From a bacterium (GTDB lineage Bacteria; Arandabacterota; Arandabacteria; Arandabacterales; Arandabacteraceae): a stretch of 64,000 nt of DNA. The translations under genes were made by a program, and so were the position numbers. Positions 20,177 to 30,104 of the stretch are shown piece after piece. The notes beneath the pieces are model-generated. The model saw nothing but the letters and a program-made list of their open reading frames with translations. It ran no database searches and had not been told where the DNA came from. The DNA is taken from assembly GCA_025774845.1 (NCBI GenBank), contig JALGZP010000006.1, positions 1,284-65,283 of the forward strand. Direction: 5' to 3'. Within the stretch, counting starts at the first letter, position 1, and each line of letters begins with the position of its first letter.

Positions 20177-21535
20177 TTGGTTTACATACCCAGGACCGAA
20201 CAGGAAAAGACGGAGATGCTGCGTGTCATCGGGGTGAAAACCTTCGATGACCTGCTTGCCGATGTTCCGGAGGATCTCCGGCTGGAACGCGAACTGGATC
20301 TGCCCCCGCCTCTCTCGGAGTTTGAAGCCAAGACGGCTCTGAGGAACCTGGCTTCCATGTCCCTCGATCCCGATGAGTGGACGTGCTTCCTGGGGGGAGG
20401 AGCTTATGATCACTACATTCCCAGCATCGTCGATCACATATCGTCGCGTTCGGAGTTCTATACGGCCTATACTCCCTACCAGCCGGAAGTAAGCCAGGGG
20501 ACACTCCAGTCGATCTTCGAGTTCCAGTCACTGATCACCCGGCTTACGGGGATGGATATCTCCAATGCCTCGCTCTACGATGGCGGCACTGCGATCGCCG
20601 AAGCCGTACTGATGGCGAATGCCGTCAACGGCAGGAAACACGTGATAGTCAGCGGCTGTATAAATCCCCTCAGGCTCGCCGTTTTAGAAGCGTATCTCGG
20701 GTCCAGCGGTTTCAAGATAAGTGTGACGGGCAGAGAAGGGGGAGCGACCGATCCGGAAGAGGTGAGATCGCTCGCGGGAGAAGACACATGCTGTGTGGTC
20801 CTTGAGAATCCCAACTTTTTCGGTGTGGTCGAGAACGGGAAGCCAATCGGCGATATAGCTCAGACAAGTGGTGCGCTCTTCATAGTATCGGTGGATCCGA
20901 TTTCACTTGGACTACTGAAACCTCCTTCAGAATACGGGGCCGATGTCGTTGTCGGCGAGGGTCAATCCCTCGGCAACAGCCTCAGTTTCGGGGGGGCATG
21001 CCTGGGCTTCATCGCAACGAGATCCCAGCATATAAGGAGGCTTCCCGGCAGAATCGTCGGCCGTACGGTTGACGCCGACGGCAACCGGTGTTTCTGCCTT
21101 ACACTCCAGACGCGCGAGCAGCACATCAGGCGTGAGAGGGCTACCTCCAACATATGTACGAACCAGGCACTTCTGGCCCTGCGTGCTACGGTCTACCTTT
21201 GCTGGCTTGGAAAGCACGGGATCGCCGAGGTGGCAAACCTGTGTCTTTCTAAAACGGTGTATGCCCACAGGCAGCTCCTTGATGCGGGTTTCTCACCCCG
21301 GTTTACCGGTCCCTTCTTCAAGGAGTTCACGATAAAGATGCCGGTCGATGCCGCCACGGTGGTTGAGCGACTGGCCGGGCAAAGGATCGCCCCGGGCATC
21401 CCGCTCGGCAGGTTCTATGAGAACGAGACCGAAACACTCCTTATCGCCTTCACGGAGAAGAGAACGAAGGCCGAGATCGACGAACTCGTCCTTGCGCTAA
21501 AGAACGCGGCGGGAAAAGGGAGGGGCGGGTCGTGA
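20177..21535 (+). CDS. gcvPA: glycine dehydrogenase (decarboxylating) subunit 1
   Basis: [54 protein letters not shown] and [21 protein letters not shown]. The likely TTG start at 20177 lies just after the gcvH stop. The ORF track starts at 20084, inside gcvH. Confidence 0.9.
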   Translation: MVYIPRTEQEKTEMLRVIGVKTFDDLLADVPEDLRLERELDLPPPLSEFEAKTALRNLASMSLDPDEWTCFLGGGAYDHYIPSIVDHISSRSEFYTAYTPYQPEVSQGTLQSIFEFQSLITRLTGMDISNASLYDGGTAIAEAVLMANAVNGRKHVIVSGCINPLRLAVLEAYLGSSGFKISVTGREGGATDPEEVRSLAGEDTCCVVLENPNFFGVVENGKPIGDIAQTSGALFIVSVDPISLGLLKPPSEYGADVVVGEGQSLGNSLSFGGACLGFIATRSQHIRRLPGRIVGRTVDADGNRCFCLTLQTREQHIRRERATSNICTNQALLALRATVYLCWLGKHGIAEVANLCLSKTVYAHRQLLDAGFSPRFTGPFFKEFTIKMPVDAATVVERLAGQRIAPGIPLGRFYENETETLLIAFTEKRTKAEIDELVLALKNAAGKGRGGS

Positions 21536-22974
21536 GGTCACGTAAGACGATATTTGAGGAAAGCAGAGAGGGACGCCGGGCATATACACTGCCGTCTCTC
21601 GACGTGCCCGCTGCCAGCCCGGATGCCGTGTTACCCCCCGGTCTTATTCGCCGGGAGGCTCCGGAGCTTCCCGAGGTTTCCGAGCCCGACATCGCTCGCC
21701 ACTTTGTCAACCTCTCGGTTCTCAATCATCATGTTGACAGGGACCTCTATCCGCTCGGTTCATGCACGATGAAATACAACCCCAAGGTCGGAGAGGACGT
21801 GGCCAACCTCAGGGGTTTCTCGGAGTTACATCCGCTTCTTCCCGAAGGGCTTGTTCAGGGTGCGCTCCGGCTCACGTACGAACTCGGTCGGACTCTCTGT
21901 GAGATAACAGGGATGGATGATGTGACGATGGTTCCCGCGGCCGGTGCTCACGGGGAACTGACTGGGATGTTGCTGGTTCGCGCATACCACGAGGACCGCG
22001 GAAGCCGGAGAACCAAGGTTTTGATCCCCGACTCCTCGCACGGCACAAATCCGGCCAGCGTCGAGATCGCAGGTTACGAGGCCGTGGAAATAAGATCGGA
22101 TTCGCGTGGCAGAATCGATGCAGACTCGCTCAAGTCCCATCTCAGTGAGGATGTTGCGGCAATAATGGTGACCAACCCCAACACGCTCGGACTCTTTGAG
22201 ACCGAGATCTGCAAAATCGCCGGACTCGTTCATGATGCCGGCGGTCTTGTTTACATGGACGGGGCCAACATGAACGCATTGCTGGGCATATCGCGACCGG
22301 GTGACTTCGGGATCGATATCGCCCATCTCAATCTGCATAAGACATTCTCAACTCCGCATGGTGGGGGAGGTCCGGGGTCCGGGCCGCTTGTGGTCAAGGA
22401 AGAACTTACCCCGTACCTGCCCGTACCCGTCGTCGGCAGGGAAGGGGATACCTACAGGTTTGTGTATGACACGCCGAAATCGATCGGTCGAATCCATACC
22501 TTCTACGGTAACTTCTCAGTTCTCATCAAAGCGTACTGCTACGTTCTGATGTGCGGGGCACATGGTCTCCGCGAGGCTGCTGAGAGTGCGATAATCAATG
22601 CGAACTACCTTCTTTCGAAACTCAGAGACGGGTTCATGGTACCTTACGATGGGGTATGCAAGCACGAATTCGTGCTCTCGGGGAAGGACAAGCTGAAAGC
22701 CGGTGTCAGAACCGCCGACATCGCCAAGCGGCTCATGGACTATGGTTTTCATCCACCTACCGTGTACTTCCCGCTAATCGTTGAAGAGGCTCTTATGATC
22801 GAGCCCACCGAAACTGAATCCAGAGAGACCCTCGACAGGTTTGCCGAAGCACTCGGCCGGATCAATGCCGAGATCGAAGCCGATCCCGAGAAGGTCAAGG
22901 GAGCACCCTATTCGACACCCGTACGCCGGGTCGATGAGGCAATGGCGGCAAGGAAGATCGATGTCGCGGAATGA
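21532..22974 (+). CDS. gcvPB: glycine dehydrogenase (decarboxylating) subunit 2
   Basis: [23 protein letters not shown] and the PLP-lysine context [19 protein letters not shown]. The start overlaps the gcvPA stop. Confidence 0.92.
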   Translation: MRSRKTIFEESREGRRAYTLPSLDVPAASPDAVLPPGLIRREAPELPEVSEPDIARHFVNLSVLNHHVDRDLYPLGSCTMKYNPKVGEDVANLRGFSELHPLLPEGLVQGALRLTYELGRTLCEITGMDDVTMVPAAGAHGELTGMLLVRAYHEDRGSRRTKVLIPDSSHGTNPASVEIAGYEAVEIRSDSRGRIDADSLKSHLSEDVAAIMVTNPNTLGLFETEICKIAGLVHDAGGLVYMDGANMNALLGISRPGDFGIDIAHLNLHKTFSTPHGGGGPGSGPLVVKEELTPYLPVPVVGREGDTYRFVYDTPKSIGRIHTFYGNFSVLIKAYCYVLMCGAHGLREAAESAIINANYLLSKLRDGFMVPYDGVCKHEFVLSGKDKLKAGVRTADIAKRLMDYGFHPPTVYFPLIVEEALMIEPTETESRETLDRFAEALGRINAEIEADPEKVKGAPYSTPVRRVDEAMAARKIDVAE

Positions 22975-23401
22975 AGCCGGACAAGAGCTGGAGTGGAGCA
23001 TATTTCCCTTCCTGGAAAACCTCAAACGCTCAATCATCGTCGTGGTTGTGATACTGGTCTGCGGGCTCCTTGTCTATCTGGCGTTCAAGGACATGTTCCT
23101 TGCGCTGCTTTCGGTACTGATTCTTTTTGTTTCGCTCCATACCTACTTCAGCAAGACCACCTACCGGCTCGACCGGGACGGGGTGGTTATCAGAACTTCC
23201 CTTGCAAAAACCGTTAAGAAGTGGTCTGATTTCAAGAGATACTATGCCGACCGGAAGGGGGTTACGCTTTCTCCATTTGCCAAACCCTCGAGACTCGAGC
23301 CCTTCAGGTCGGTGAGGTTACTTTACAAGGACAATAAAGACGATGTGGTGGAGTTTGTTTCGACGAACATCGAGCGCAGCACCGCCGATAGCGCCGCCTA
23401 G
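22961..23401 (+). CDS. cassette protein P1: two-TM membrane protein with a PH-like soluble tail, unknown function
   Basis: ATG at 22961 overlaps the gcvPB end by 14 nt. TM segments [19 protein letters not shown] and [19 protein letters not shown] are followed by [12 protein letters not shown]...[10 protein letters not shown], which resembles bacterial PH (YdbS/T-like) domains. Confidence 0.6.
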   Translation: MSRNEAGQELEWSIFPFLENLKRSIIVVVVILVCGLLVYLAFKDMFLALLSVLILFVSLHTYFSKTTYRLDRDGVVIRTSLAKTVKKWSDFKRYYADRKGVTLSPFAKPSRLEPFRSVRLLYKDNKDDVVEFVSTNIERSTADSAA

Positions 23402-23756
23402 GGATGTATCAGGAGAGGTCGAACCGGCCTCCGAGGATGAGGAGCTGATAAGAAAGGTGGCGGAGCGGATAGTCCGGATGAGGATGACTGTACCTGCCAT
23501 ATTCTTTCTTGAATCGAGCAAACCGCTTGCTTTTCTGGGCAGCCAGTTGCTAATCTTTCTAGAACCATTTGTCCAGACCCTGTTTAACATCCGCCAGTAC
23601 CAGCGATTTGCCTTGCTTATGGAAGACAGGGATAACTGGGAGAAGATGATCAGGAAAGTCGAGGATCTCGAAGCGGAGTACTCCGAACGCGAGAAGGAGT
23701 CTAAGAGACAAAAATCTAAGAAGCAAAAAGATTCCACGAGGGGAAAGAAGAAATGA
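23343..23756 (+). CDS. cassette protein P2: small protein with one hydrophobic segment and a Lys/Glu-rich tail, unknown function
   Basis: VPAIFFLESSKPLAFLGSQLLIFLEPFV followed by ...EAEYSEREKESKRQKSKKQKDSTRGKKK. The start is uncertain (ATG 23343 overlaps P1 by 59 nt; an in-frame GTG lies near 23457). The stop overlaps the P3 start. Confidence 0.5.
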   Translation: MWWSLFRRTSSAAPPIAPPRDVSGEVEPASEDEELIRKVAERIVRMRMTVPAIFFLESSKPLAFLGSQLLIFLEPFVQTLFNIRQYQRFALLMEDRDNWEKMIRKVEDLEAEYSEREKESKRQKSKKQKDSTRGKKK

Positions 23757-25594
23757 CAGAAGGGGTCGATCTGAACAAGGATCCGGAATCAATACAGACC
23801 ATAGTCGCGACCGACTGCGGGAGCACGACCACGAAAGCCATATTGATAGAGAAGCATGATGGTCATTACCGGCTTGTCAACAGGGGTGAAGCTCCCACCA
23901 CGGTTGAAGCACCATTCGAAGATGTTACGCGTGGGGTTCTCAATGCGGTCGCGGAGGTCGAGGATCTTACGGGCCGGCAGTTCATAAGAGACGACAAGAT
24001 AGTGTATCCGAGGGAGGGCGAGACGGGGACGGATCTTTATGTGTCCACGTCGTCCGCGGGCGGCGGGCTTCAGATGATGGTCGCGGGCGTGGTAAAGGAG
24101 ATGACGGCGGAGAGCGCACAGCGAGCCGCACTCGGCGCCGGTGCGATCGTCATGGATGTGATCGCCTCAAACGATCGGAGACAGCCTTACCAGAGGATCC
24201 GCCTGATACGAAACCTCAGACCGGACATGATCCTGTTGTCGGGTGGGATAGACGGCGGTACGACGACCCATGTTGCGGAGCTTGCCGAGTTGATCGCGGC
24301 GGCCGACCCGAGACCCAGGCTGGGGATGGCATACTCACTGCCTGTTATCTACGCGGGCAACGTCGATGCAAGGGAGATCGTCAAGGACAGGCTCGACGCC
24401 AAGAGCAGCCTGACGGTCACGGAGAACCTTAGACCGGTTCTTGAAAGAGAAAACCTCCAGCCGGCGAGACTCCGGATCCAGGACCTGTTTCTTGAACACG
24501 TGATGAAGCACGCACCGGGGTACAGTAACCTTCTTGAGTGGACCGCGGTGCCGATCATGCCAACTCCCGCTGCGGTCGGTTCGATAATGCAGTTGATCGC
24601 CAGAGAAGAGGAGATAGACGTGGTCGGTGTTGACATCGGTGGTGCCACGACCGACGTGTTCTCGGTGTTCGGCGAGGTCTTCAATCGAACTGTGAGCGCA
24701 AACCTCGGTATGAGTTACTCGGTATCCAACGTGCTCGCCGAGGCGACCGTTCCAAGCATCCTGAGATGGGTCCCGTTCGATGTTGAGGAAGCAGACCTCA
24801 GAAACCGGATCAAGAACAAGATGATCCGGCCTACAACCATACCTCAGGCTCTCGAGGAGCTGATGATCGAGCAGGCGATCGCCCGGGAAGCATTACGGCT
24901 TGCCTTCATACAGCATAAGCTCCTTGCGGTAGGGCTTAAGGGTGTACAGCAGGAACGGACAATATCCGATACTTTCGAGCAGACCGAGAGCGGTGCGACG
25001 CTCGTCAACATGATGGACCTCGACATACTGGTGGGAAGCGGCGGTGTCCTGTCGCATGCTCCACGCAGAGTACAGGCGGCCTTCATGTTGATCGATGGAT
25101 TCTATCCTGAGGGCATCACCCAGCTCGCCGTAGACAGCATTTTCATGATGCCCCAGCTGGGAGTTCTTGCACAGGTACATCCCAAGGCGGCGATGGAGGT
25201 GTTCCACAAGGACTGTCTGATCAAGCTGGGGACGTGTGTAGCGCCCGTAGGCGTTTCCAAAACAGGTGACCAGTGTATTGACATAACACTCGAGATGCCG
25301 GACGGCAAGACTGAGAAGAGATCAGTCAAGTTCGGCGAGATGGCGGTGATCCCGCTTGACGTTGACGCCAAGGCCAAGGCTGTCATAAATCCGGCAAGGA
25401 AGTTCGACGTGGGGGCGGGCAGGGGCAAGGAGATACATACCGAGATCATCGGCGGGGTGGTCGGGGTGATCATAGATGCCAGGGGCAGACCTTTGATACT
25501 GCCCACTGACAGGGGTGAGAGGGTTCGTATGCTGACCGAATGGAACAAGGCCCTCGATGTTTATCCGGAAAACCGCGAATCAACGGAGGTGTGA
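23753..25594 (+). CDS. cassette protein P3: GlmL/MutL-like ASKHA (actin-fold) ATPase, 613 aa
   Basis: The N-terminal phosphate-1 motif IVATDCGSTTTKAILIEK and the second nucleotide motif VVGVDIGGATTDVFSV resemble the GlmL family (glutamate mutase accessory protein) and EutA-like reactivases. No mutase subunits are nearby. Confidence 0.7.
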   Translation: MTEGVDLNKDPESIQTIVATDCGSTTTKAILIEKHDGHYRLVNRGEAPTTVEAPFEDVTRGVLNAVAEVEDLTGRQFIRDDKIVYPREGETGTDLYVSTSSAGGGLQMMVAGVVKEMTAESAQRAALGAGAIVMDVIASNDRRQPYQRIRLIRNLRPDMILLSGGIDGGTTTHVAELAELIAAADPRPRLGMAYSLPVIYAGNVDAREIVKDRLDAKSSLTVTENLRPVLERENLQPARLRIQDLFLEHVMKHAPGYSNLLEWTAVPIMPTPAAVGSIMQLIAREEEIDVVGVDIGGATTDVFSVFGEVFNRTVSANLGMSYSVSNVLAEATVPSILRWVPFDVEEADLRNRIKNKMIRPTTIPQALEELMIEQAIAREALRLAFIQHKLLAVGLKGVQQERTISDTFEQTESGATLVNMMDLDILVGSGGVLSHAPRRVQAAFMLIDGFYPEGITQLAVDSIFMMPQLGVLAQVHPKAAMEVFHKDCLIKLGTCVAPVGVSKTGDQCIDITLEMPDGKTEKRSVKFGEMAVIPLDVDAKAKAVINPARKFDVGAGRGKEIHTEIIGGVVGVIIDARGRPLILPTDRGERVRMLTEWNKALDVYPENRESTEV

Positions 25595-25597
25595 AAG

Positions 25598-26731
25598 GTG
25601 GCACACGCTTATTCACCCGGACTGAGGGTTGCCAGACAGACCAAGATAAGGAAGGAACGCAGACTGCCTTTGCGCGGTGAGGTTCTGGCTGCGGTTGGCG
25701 ATCGGGTTCAAGCTGAGGCGGTTGTCGCGAGGACCGAACTGCCCGGAAACGTTCAGACGATCAACGTGGCCAATAAACTCAGCATCCTTCCTGAGGACAT
25801 TGAACGCCATATGCTCGCCAAGCCCGGGGATTGGGTTGATGAGGGCGAAATCCTCGCCCAGAGCAGGAGCTTCTTCGGTCTCTTCAAGTCGCACTGCAAG
25901 ATGCCGGTAGGAGGAACGATTGAATCCGTCTCCGAGATCACCGGCCAGGTGATCATAAGGGAAGTAGCGATACCCGTGGAAGTGAATGCGTATGTCGACG
26001 GTGACGTGGTGGAGGTCTTTGAGGACGAGGGTGTGCTCGTCGAGACCGAAGGGACGTTCGTTCAGGGTATCTTCGGAATCGGTGGGGAAGCGGTCGGTAC
26101 GCTCGAAGTTGTCGCCGATAATGGCAGCGAAGTGCTGTCTCCCGATGTCATTACACCTTCGCACAAGGATAAAATCATCCTCGGTGGCTCGCTCGTCACC
26201 ATGGATTCGCTCAAACGTGCAACGGAGGTCGGTGTAAGGGGAATAATCGTCGGCGGCATGGGCGATTCAGACCTGCGCACGATCCTTGGCTATGACCTGG
26301 GTGTGGCAATAACAGGTTCGGAAGATATCGGTCTCAGTCTCATTGTGACCGAGGGGTTCGGCGAGATGACGATGGCCAAGCGTACATTCGATCTGCTCGC
26401 TTCCAGACGGGGAATGAAGGCATCAATAAGCGGGGCGACTCAGATAAGGGCCGGCGTGATAAGACCGGAGGTCGTAATTCCCCTGGACCGTGTCGCAGGT
26501 GAGGATCAGGAGAAAGCACGCCGCGACGCGCCATCGACGGGTCTCGTTGTTGGAAGCTCGGTCAGGGTGATAAGGGTACCTTACTTCGGCAGGATCGGAA
26601 AAGTAACCGATCTGCCTCCGGAGCTCCAGAAGCTCGGGTCCGAGGCAATGGTGAGGGTACTCGGTGTGGAATTCGAAGACGGTGCCCACGCCGTCGTACC
26701 GCGGGCGAACGTAGAACTTATCGAAGAGTAA
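25598..26731 (+). CDS. cassette protein P4: soluble protein with an N-terminal barrel-sandwich-hybrid-like region, unknown function
   Basis: GTG start 3 nt after the P3 stop. LPLRGEVLAAVGDRVQAEAVVARTELPG and AKPGDWVDEGEILAQ...MPVGGTIESV resemble the RnfC/NqrA/lipoyl-like hybrid barrel. A Rossmann-like middle follows (VRGIIVGGMGDSDL), then a small beta C-terminal domain. Assignment by eye only. Confidence 0.55.
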   Translation: MAHAYSPGLRVARQTKIRKERRLPLRGEVLAAVGDRVQAEAVVARTELPGNVQTINVANKLSILPEDIERHMLAKPGDWVDEGEILAQSRSFFGLFKSHCKMPVGGTIESVSEITGQVIIREVAIPVEVNAYVDGDVVEVFEDEGVLVETEGTFVQGIFGIGGEAVGTLEVVADNGSEVLSPDVITPSHKDKIILGGSLVTMDSLKRATEVGVRGIIVGGMGDSDLRTILGYDLGVAITGSEDIGLSLIVTEGFGEMTMAKRTFDLLASRRGMKASISGATQIRAGVIRPEVVIPLDRVAGEDQEKARRDAPSTGLVVGSSVRVIRVPYFGRIGKVTDLPPELQKLGSEAMVRVLGVEFEDGAHAVVPRANVELIEE

Positions 26732-26736
26732 GGATC

Positions 26737-27888
26737 GTGATGGGCATTTCCCCCTGCGGGACACACCCCACCCTGTATCTACTTCTGTTCGTTTGCACTC
26801 TACTTGCAGTCACCGGTACGGCTTCAGGTTTGGAGTACCACATGGCTCCGATCTCCGTTTCCGTCACCGACGTCCCGGACGATGACGGCACCGCCCTCGT
26901 TATAAGATGGGCCGGTGAGATTACACCCGGCCAGACCCTGGAGATCTCAAGAGCCGAGTACCCGGATACCGCTTCCTGGTCGGAGGTTGCAGCGGTCGAT
27001 GCGGAGCGCCGGGAGTATACCAATACGGGGCTCTCAAGGCACAGGTCCTACATCTTCAGAGTGACTTCCCCCGACGGCTCCGTCGTGCTGACGGAGGCCG
27101 TGACACCGAGAGCGTCGATGCTCAGTCGCGGGAGGATAAACCAGCTGGTGATCCTCACGCTCTTTTTCGCTTTCGTCCTTATCTACATACGGTTGGCCAC
27201 CGCGGGCAGGAAACTCTTCGTCCGGAAGATCCCGGGACTCAATGCCATCGAAGAAGCAATTGGCAGGGCCACGGAGATGGGTAGACCCGTCCTTTACGTT
27301 CCGGGGATAGATGATCTCAACAATATCCAGACGATAGCCAGCATGGTCATTCTCGCTGACGTCGCACGGCTTACGGCAACCTACGAGACCCCGGTGATTG
27401 TACCCGTCTGCAAGCCCTTTGTCGTTCCTGTCGCTGAGGAGGCGGTCAAGCAGGGGCATCTCAACGCGGGCCGCCCCGAACTCTACAACCCCGACAACGT
27501 GAGATACCTGTCCGATGAGCAGTTCGCTTTCACCGCCGGAGTCAACGGTATCATGCTCAGGGAAAAGACGGCGGCCAACATCTATATGGGCTCTTTTTTC
27601 GCCGAGTCGCTCATTCTTTCGGAGACGGGGTTCTCATCGGGTGCGATACAGGTTGCAGGGACCGCGAATATCCACCAGTTGCCCTTCTTCGTAGCTGCAT
27701 GTGACTACACCCTGATAGGTGAGGAACTGTATGCAGCGAGCGCCTATCTCTCGAAGGAGCCGAAACTGCTGGGTACACTCAAGGCGAGTGACCTGGCGAA
27801 GGTTCTGATCTTAATAGTGCTGGTCATAGGGTTCATCACAGAGACACTGGGTTTTGAGGGTTTTGCCGAATGGTTCACCCCGAGGTAA
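26737..27888 (+). CDS. cassette protein P5: bitopic/tritopic membrane protein with an FN3-like ectodomain and a large cytoplasmic domain
   Basis: Signal/anchor LYLLLFVCTLLAVTGTASG, then an FN3-like stretch (VSVTDVPDDDGTALVIRWAG...YIFRVTS). TM LVILTLFFAFVLIYIRLA is followed by about 220 aa of soluble sequence and a terminal TM VLILIVLVIGFI. Confidence 0.6.
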   Translation: MMGISPCGTHPTLYLLLFVCTLLAVTGTASGLEYHMAPISVSVTDVPDDDGTALVIRWAGEITPGQTLEISRAEYPDTASWSEVAAVDAERREYTNTGLSRHRSYIFRVTSPDGSVVLTEAVTPRASMLSRGRINQLVILTLFFAFVLIYIRLATAGRKLFVRKIPGLNAIEEAIGRATEMGRPVLYVPGIDDLNNIQTIASMVILADVARLTATYETPVIVPVCKPFVVPVAEEAVKQGHLNAGRPELYNPDNVRYLSDEQFAFTAGVNGIMLREKTAANIYMGSFFAESLILSETGFSSGAIQVAGTANIHQLPFFVAACDYTLIGEELYAASAYLSKEPKLLGTLKASDLAKVLILIVLVIGFITETLGFEGFAEWFTPR

Positions 27889-27892
27889 AGGT

Positions 27893-28513
27893 ATGAAGAA
27901 CGAGGTCCCGGTTGCGATAGCGTTTGCGGCAGGGATGCTTATGGTCGTATCGCTCTTCGTCCCTCATCCTTACATATCCGGCCCGGCAGCCGTTGCTAGG
28001 AGCTGGGCCATCATCATAACTGCATTTGCGTATGTTCTGGGTGTTGCGAACATTGCCAGGATAAGCATCAACACGGTGAGGAAGAAGTCGGCGGACTGGG
28101 AATACAAGACCGCTCTTCTTGTCGCACTCGCGGGTATGGTCGGGGTCGGAATCGGCAGGGGCATCCAGACCGGCAGTCCTTTCGACTGGACATATCTCAA
28201 TGTTTACGTCCCGATGCAGGCGACGATGTTCTCGCTGCTCGCCTTCTTTATCGCGTCAGCTGCTTACAGGGCGTTTCGCGCAAGATCCGTTGAAGCAACG
28301 CTTCTTCTTGTCACAGCTGCGATCGTCATGCTCGGGAGAGTACCCGTAGGCGAGCAACTCTGGGGCAGGCTCCCCGACTTCACGGAGTGGATAATGGAGG
28401 TTCCCAACATGGCCGCGAAGCGGGGGATCATGATAGGAGCGGCACTCGGCGCGATATCCACGGGTCTTAAGATGATTCTGGGACTGGAACGATCCTACCT
28501 GGGTGGTGAATGA
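27893..28513 (+). CDS. cassette protein P6: polytopic membrane protein (5-6 TM), unknown function
   Basis: ATG at 27893 follows GAGGTAAAGG, 4 nt after the P5 stop. Hydrophobic helices run throughout. The stop overlaps the P7 start (ATGA). Confidence 0.6.
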   Translation: MKNEVPVAIAFAAGMLMVVSLFVPHPYISGPAAVARSWAIIITAFAYVLGVANIARISINTVRKKSADWEYKTALLVALAGMVGVGIGRGIQTGSPFDWTYLNVYVPMQATMFSLLAFFIASAAYRAFRARSVEATLLLVTAAIVMLGRVPVGEQLWGRLPDFTEWIMEVPNMAAKRGIMIGAALGAISTGLKMILGLERSYLGGE

Positions 28514-29358
28514 TGAAGGAAACCGGCAGCCGCAGAGACTTTATTACAAGGCTTTCGAGCATCGACAGAAGGATTCTTTTCCTCATAATCCTGGTCTGCG
28601 TGGTCATACCCCTGCTCGCCGGAGCGAGGATGAGGATGTCGATCACCCCGCCGGTAAGAGGTCTCTACGATGCGATCGACACGCTGGAGCCGGGTTCGTA
28701 CGTGTGGCTCGCGGCCGATTACGGTCCGGGATCGATGCCCGAGCTCTACCCGATGAATATCTCCTTTGTCGAGCACCTCTTCTCGAAGGACATCAAAGTC
28801 ATCTGTGCAGCCCTGTGGGCCCCCGGGCCCCCGCTTGCACAGAGGGTCTTCGATGAAATGGCAGCCAAGTACGGCAAGACGTACGGGGTTGATTACGTCA
28901 ACCTGGGTTTCAAGGAAGGACGAGAAGCCGTTATGGTGTCGGTCGCCGAGGACATGCGGAGGACGTTTCCCGAGGACTACGCGGGCACTGCCTGGGACAG
29001 CATACCTATGCTCGAGGGCATCCGGAATCTCACGGATCTTGAGATGATCGTCTGTGTGTCGGCGGGCTACCCCGGCATAAAGGAATGGATACAGCAGGTA
29101 TCGACGCGGTATGACATCACGACCGGCGGTGGCGTGACGGCTGTCTCCGGGCCCGAGATGTACCCCTACATCCAGTCGGGCCAGCTCGTGGGTCTCCTTG
29201 CGGGTATGAAGGGCGCCGCGGAGTACGAACAGCTCCTCGAGAAGCCGGGTCTCGGGCTCTCGGGCATGGCTGCGCAGTCATACGTTCACCTGATGGTCGT
29301 CGTTTTCATTATCTTTGCCAATATCATCTACTTCATCGAGAAGCGGAGAGCTGTATGA
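28510..29358 (+). CDS. cassette protein P7: membrane-anchored protein (N- and C-terminal TM flanking a domain of about 220 aa), unknown function
   Basis: RILFLIILVCVVIPLLAGA ... YVHLMVVVFIIFANIIYFI. ATGA overlaps at both ends. Confidence 0.6.
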   Translation: MMKETGSRRDFITRLSSIDRRILFLIILVCVVIPLLAGARMRMSITPPVRGLYDAIDTLEPGSYVWLAADYGPGSMPELYPMNISFVEHLFSKDIKVICAALWAPGPPLAQRVFDEMAAKYGKTYGVDYVNLGFKEGREAVMVSVAEDMRRTFPEDYAGTAWDSIPMLEGIRNLTDLEMIVCVSAGYPGIKEWIQQVSTRYDITTGGGVTAVSGPEMYPYIQSGQLVGLLAGMKGAAEYEQLLEKPGLGLSGMAAQSYVHLMVVVFIIFANIIYFIEKRRAV

Positions 29359-30104
29359 GACTGAGGTTAGCGCTGACGGGTGTTGTCGTGGTGCTGGTGG
29401 TCATCGCACTGGCCTCGGGGAGGATCACATCCGTCACGTTCGGCAAGTGGGTCGCCGCGCTCCTGACGCTTTCGATCTTCAGCTTTCTCTACAAGGATAA
29501 CCCGGTCTACAAGATGGCGGAACATGTTTTCATAGGTATCTCCGCGGGCTACTTCGTATCGTTGGAATACTGGAATGTGTTTATACCCAACCTCTGGAGC
29601 CCGCTTATGGAGGGGACGCGTGAGAACATGATCCTGGTGGTGCCGTTTGCCCTGGGTCTGCTTCTGTTTTCAAGATTCCATCCACGCGTTGCCTGGCTCA
29701 GCAGGTGGTCGATGGCGGCGATGATAGGTTCCTATGCGGGTCTTGCGATAATAGGCGCACTCCAGGGGGATCTGGTCGCGCAGATAAGGGCCAATATGAT
29801 TCCGTTGTATTCTCCCGAGAGCATTGTCGCGCTCGGGAACAGCCAGGGCGCGACCGAGATCTTTTTCGGTCTGCTCGAGGTCCTTCGGAATCCGCTGATC
29901 ATAATCGGTCTGATCGCCACACTGATCTATTTCTTCTTCTCACGCGAACACAAGGGCGGGTTCGGTGTTGTTTCCAGGGTCGGTGTTTGGTTTCTCATGA
30001 TATCCTTCGGGGCTTCATTCGGGTATACGGTGATGAGCAGGGTGTCGCTTCTGATCGGAAGGCTCCACTTCCTCCTGAGTGACTGGCTGGGCATAATCCC
30101 TTGA
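29355..30104 (+). CDS. cassette protein P8: polytopic membrane protein (6-7 TM), unknown function
   Basis: 249 aa of hydrophobic helices. The start overlaps the P7 stop (ATGA). The stop overlaps the TTG start of the lipoate ligase-family gene (TTGA). Confidence 0.6.
   Translation: MRLRLALTGVVVVLVVIALASGRITSVTFGKWVAALLTLSIFSFLYKDNPVYKMAEHVFIGISAGYFVSLEYWNVFIPNLWSPLMEGTRENMILVVPFALGLLLFSRFHPRVAWLSRWSMAAMIGSYAGLAIIGALQGDLVAQIRANMIPLYSPESIVALGNSQGATEIFFGLLEVLRNPLIIIGLIATLIYFFFSREHKGGFGVVSRVGVWFLMISFGASFGYTVMSRVSLLIGRLHFLLSDWLGIIP

Noticed and set aside
22841-22960. ORF-track extension of cassette protein P1 into gcvPB
   Set aside because: The extension overlaps the well-supported gcvPB frame by about 130 nt and is Arg/Pro-rich. 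The internal ATG at 22961 gives a sensible membrane-protein N-terminus.
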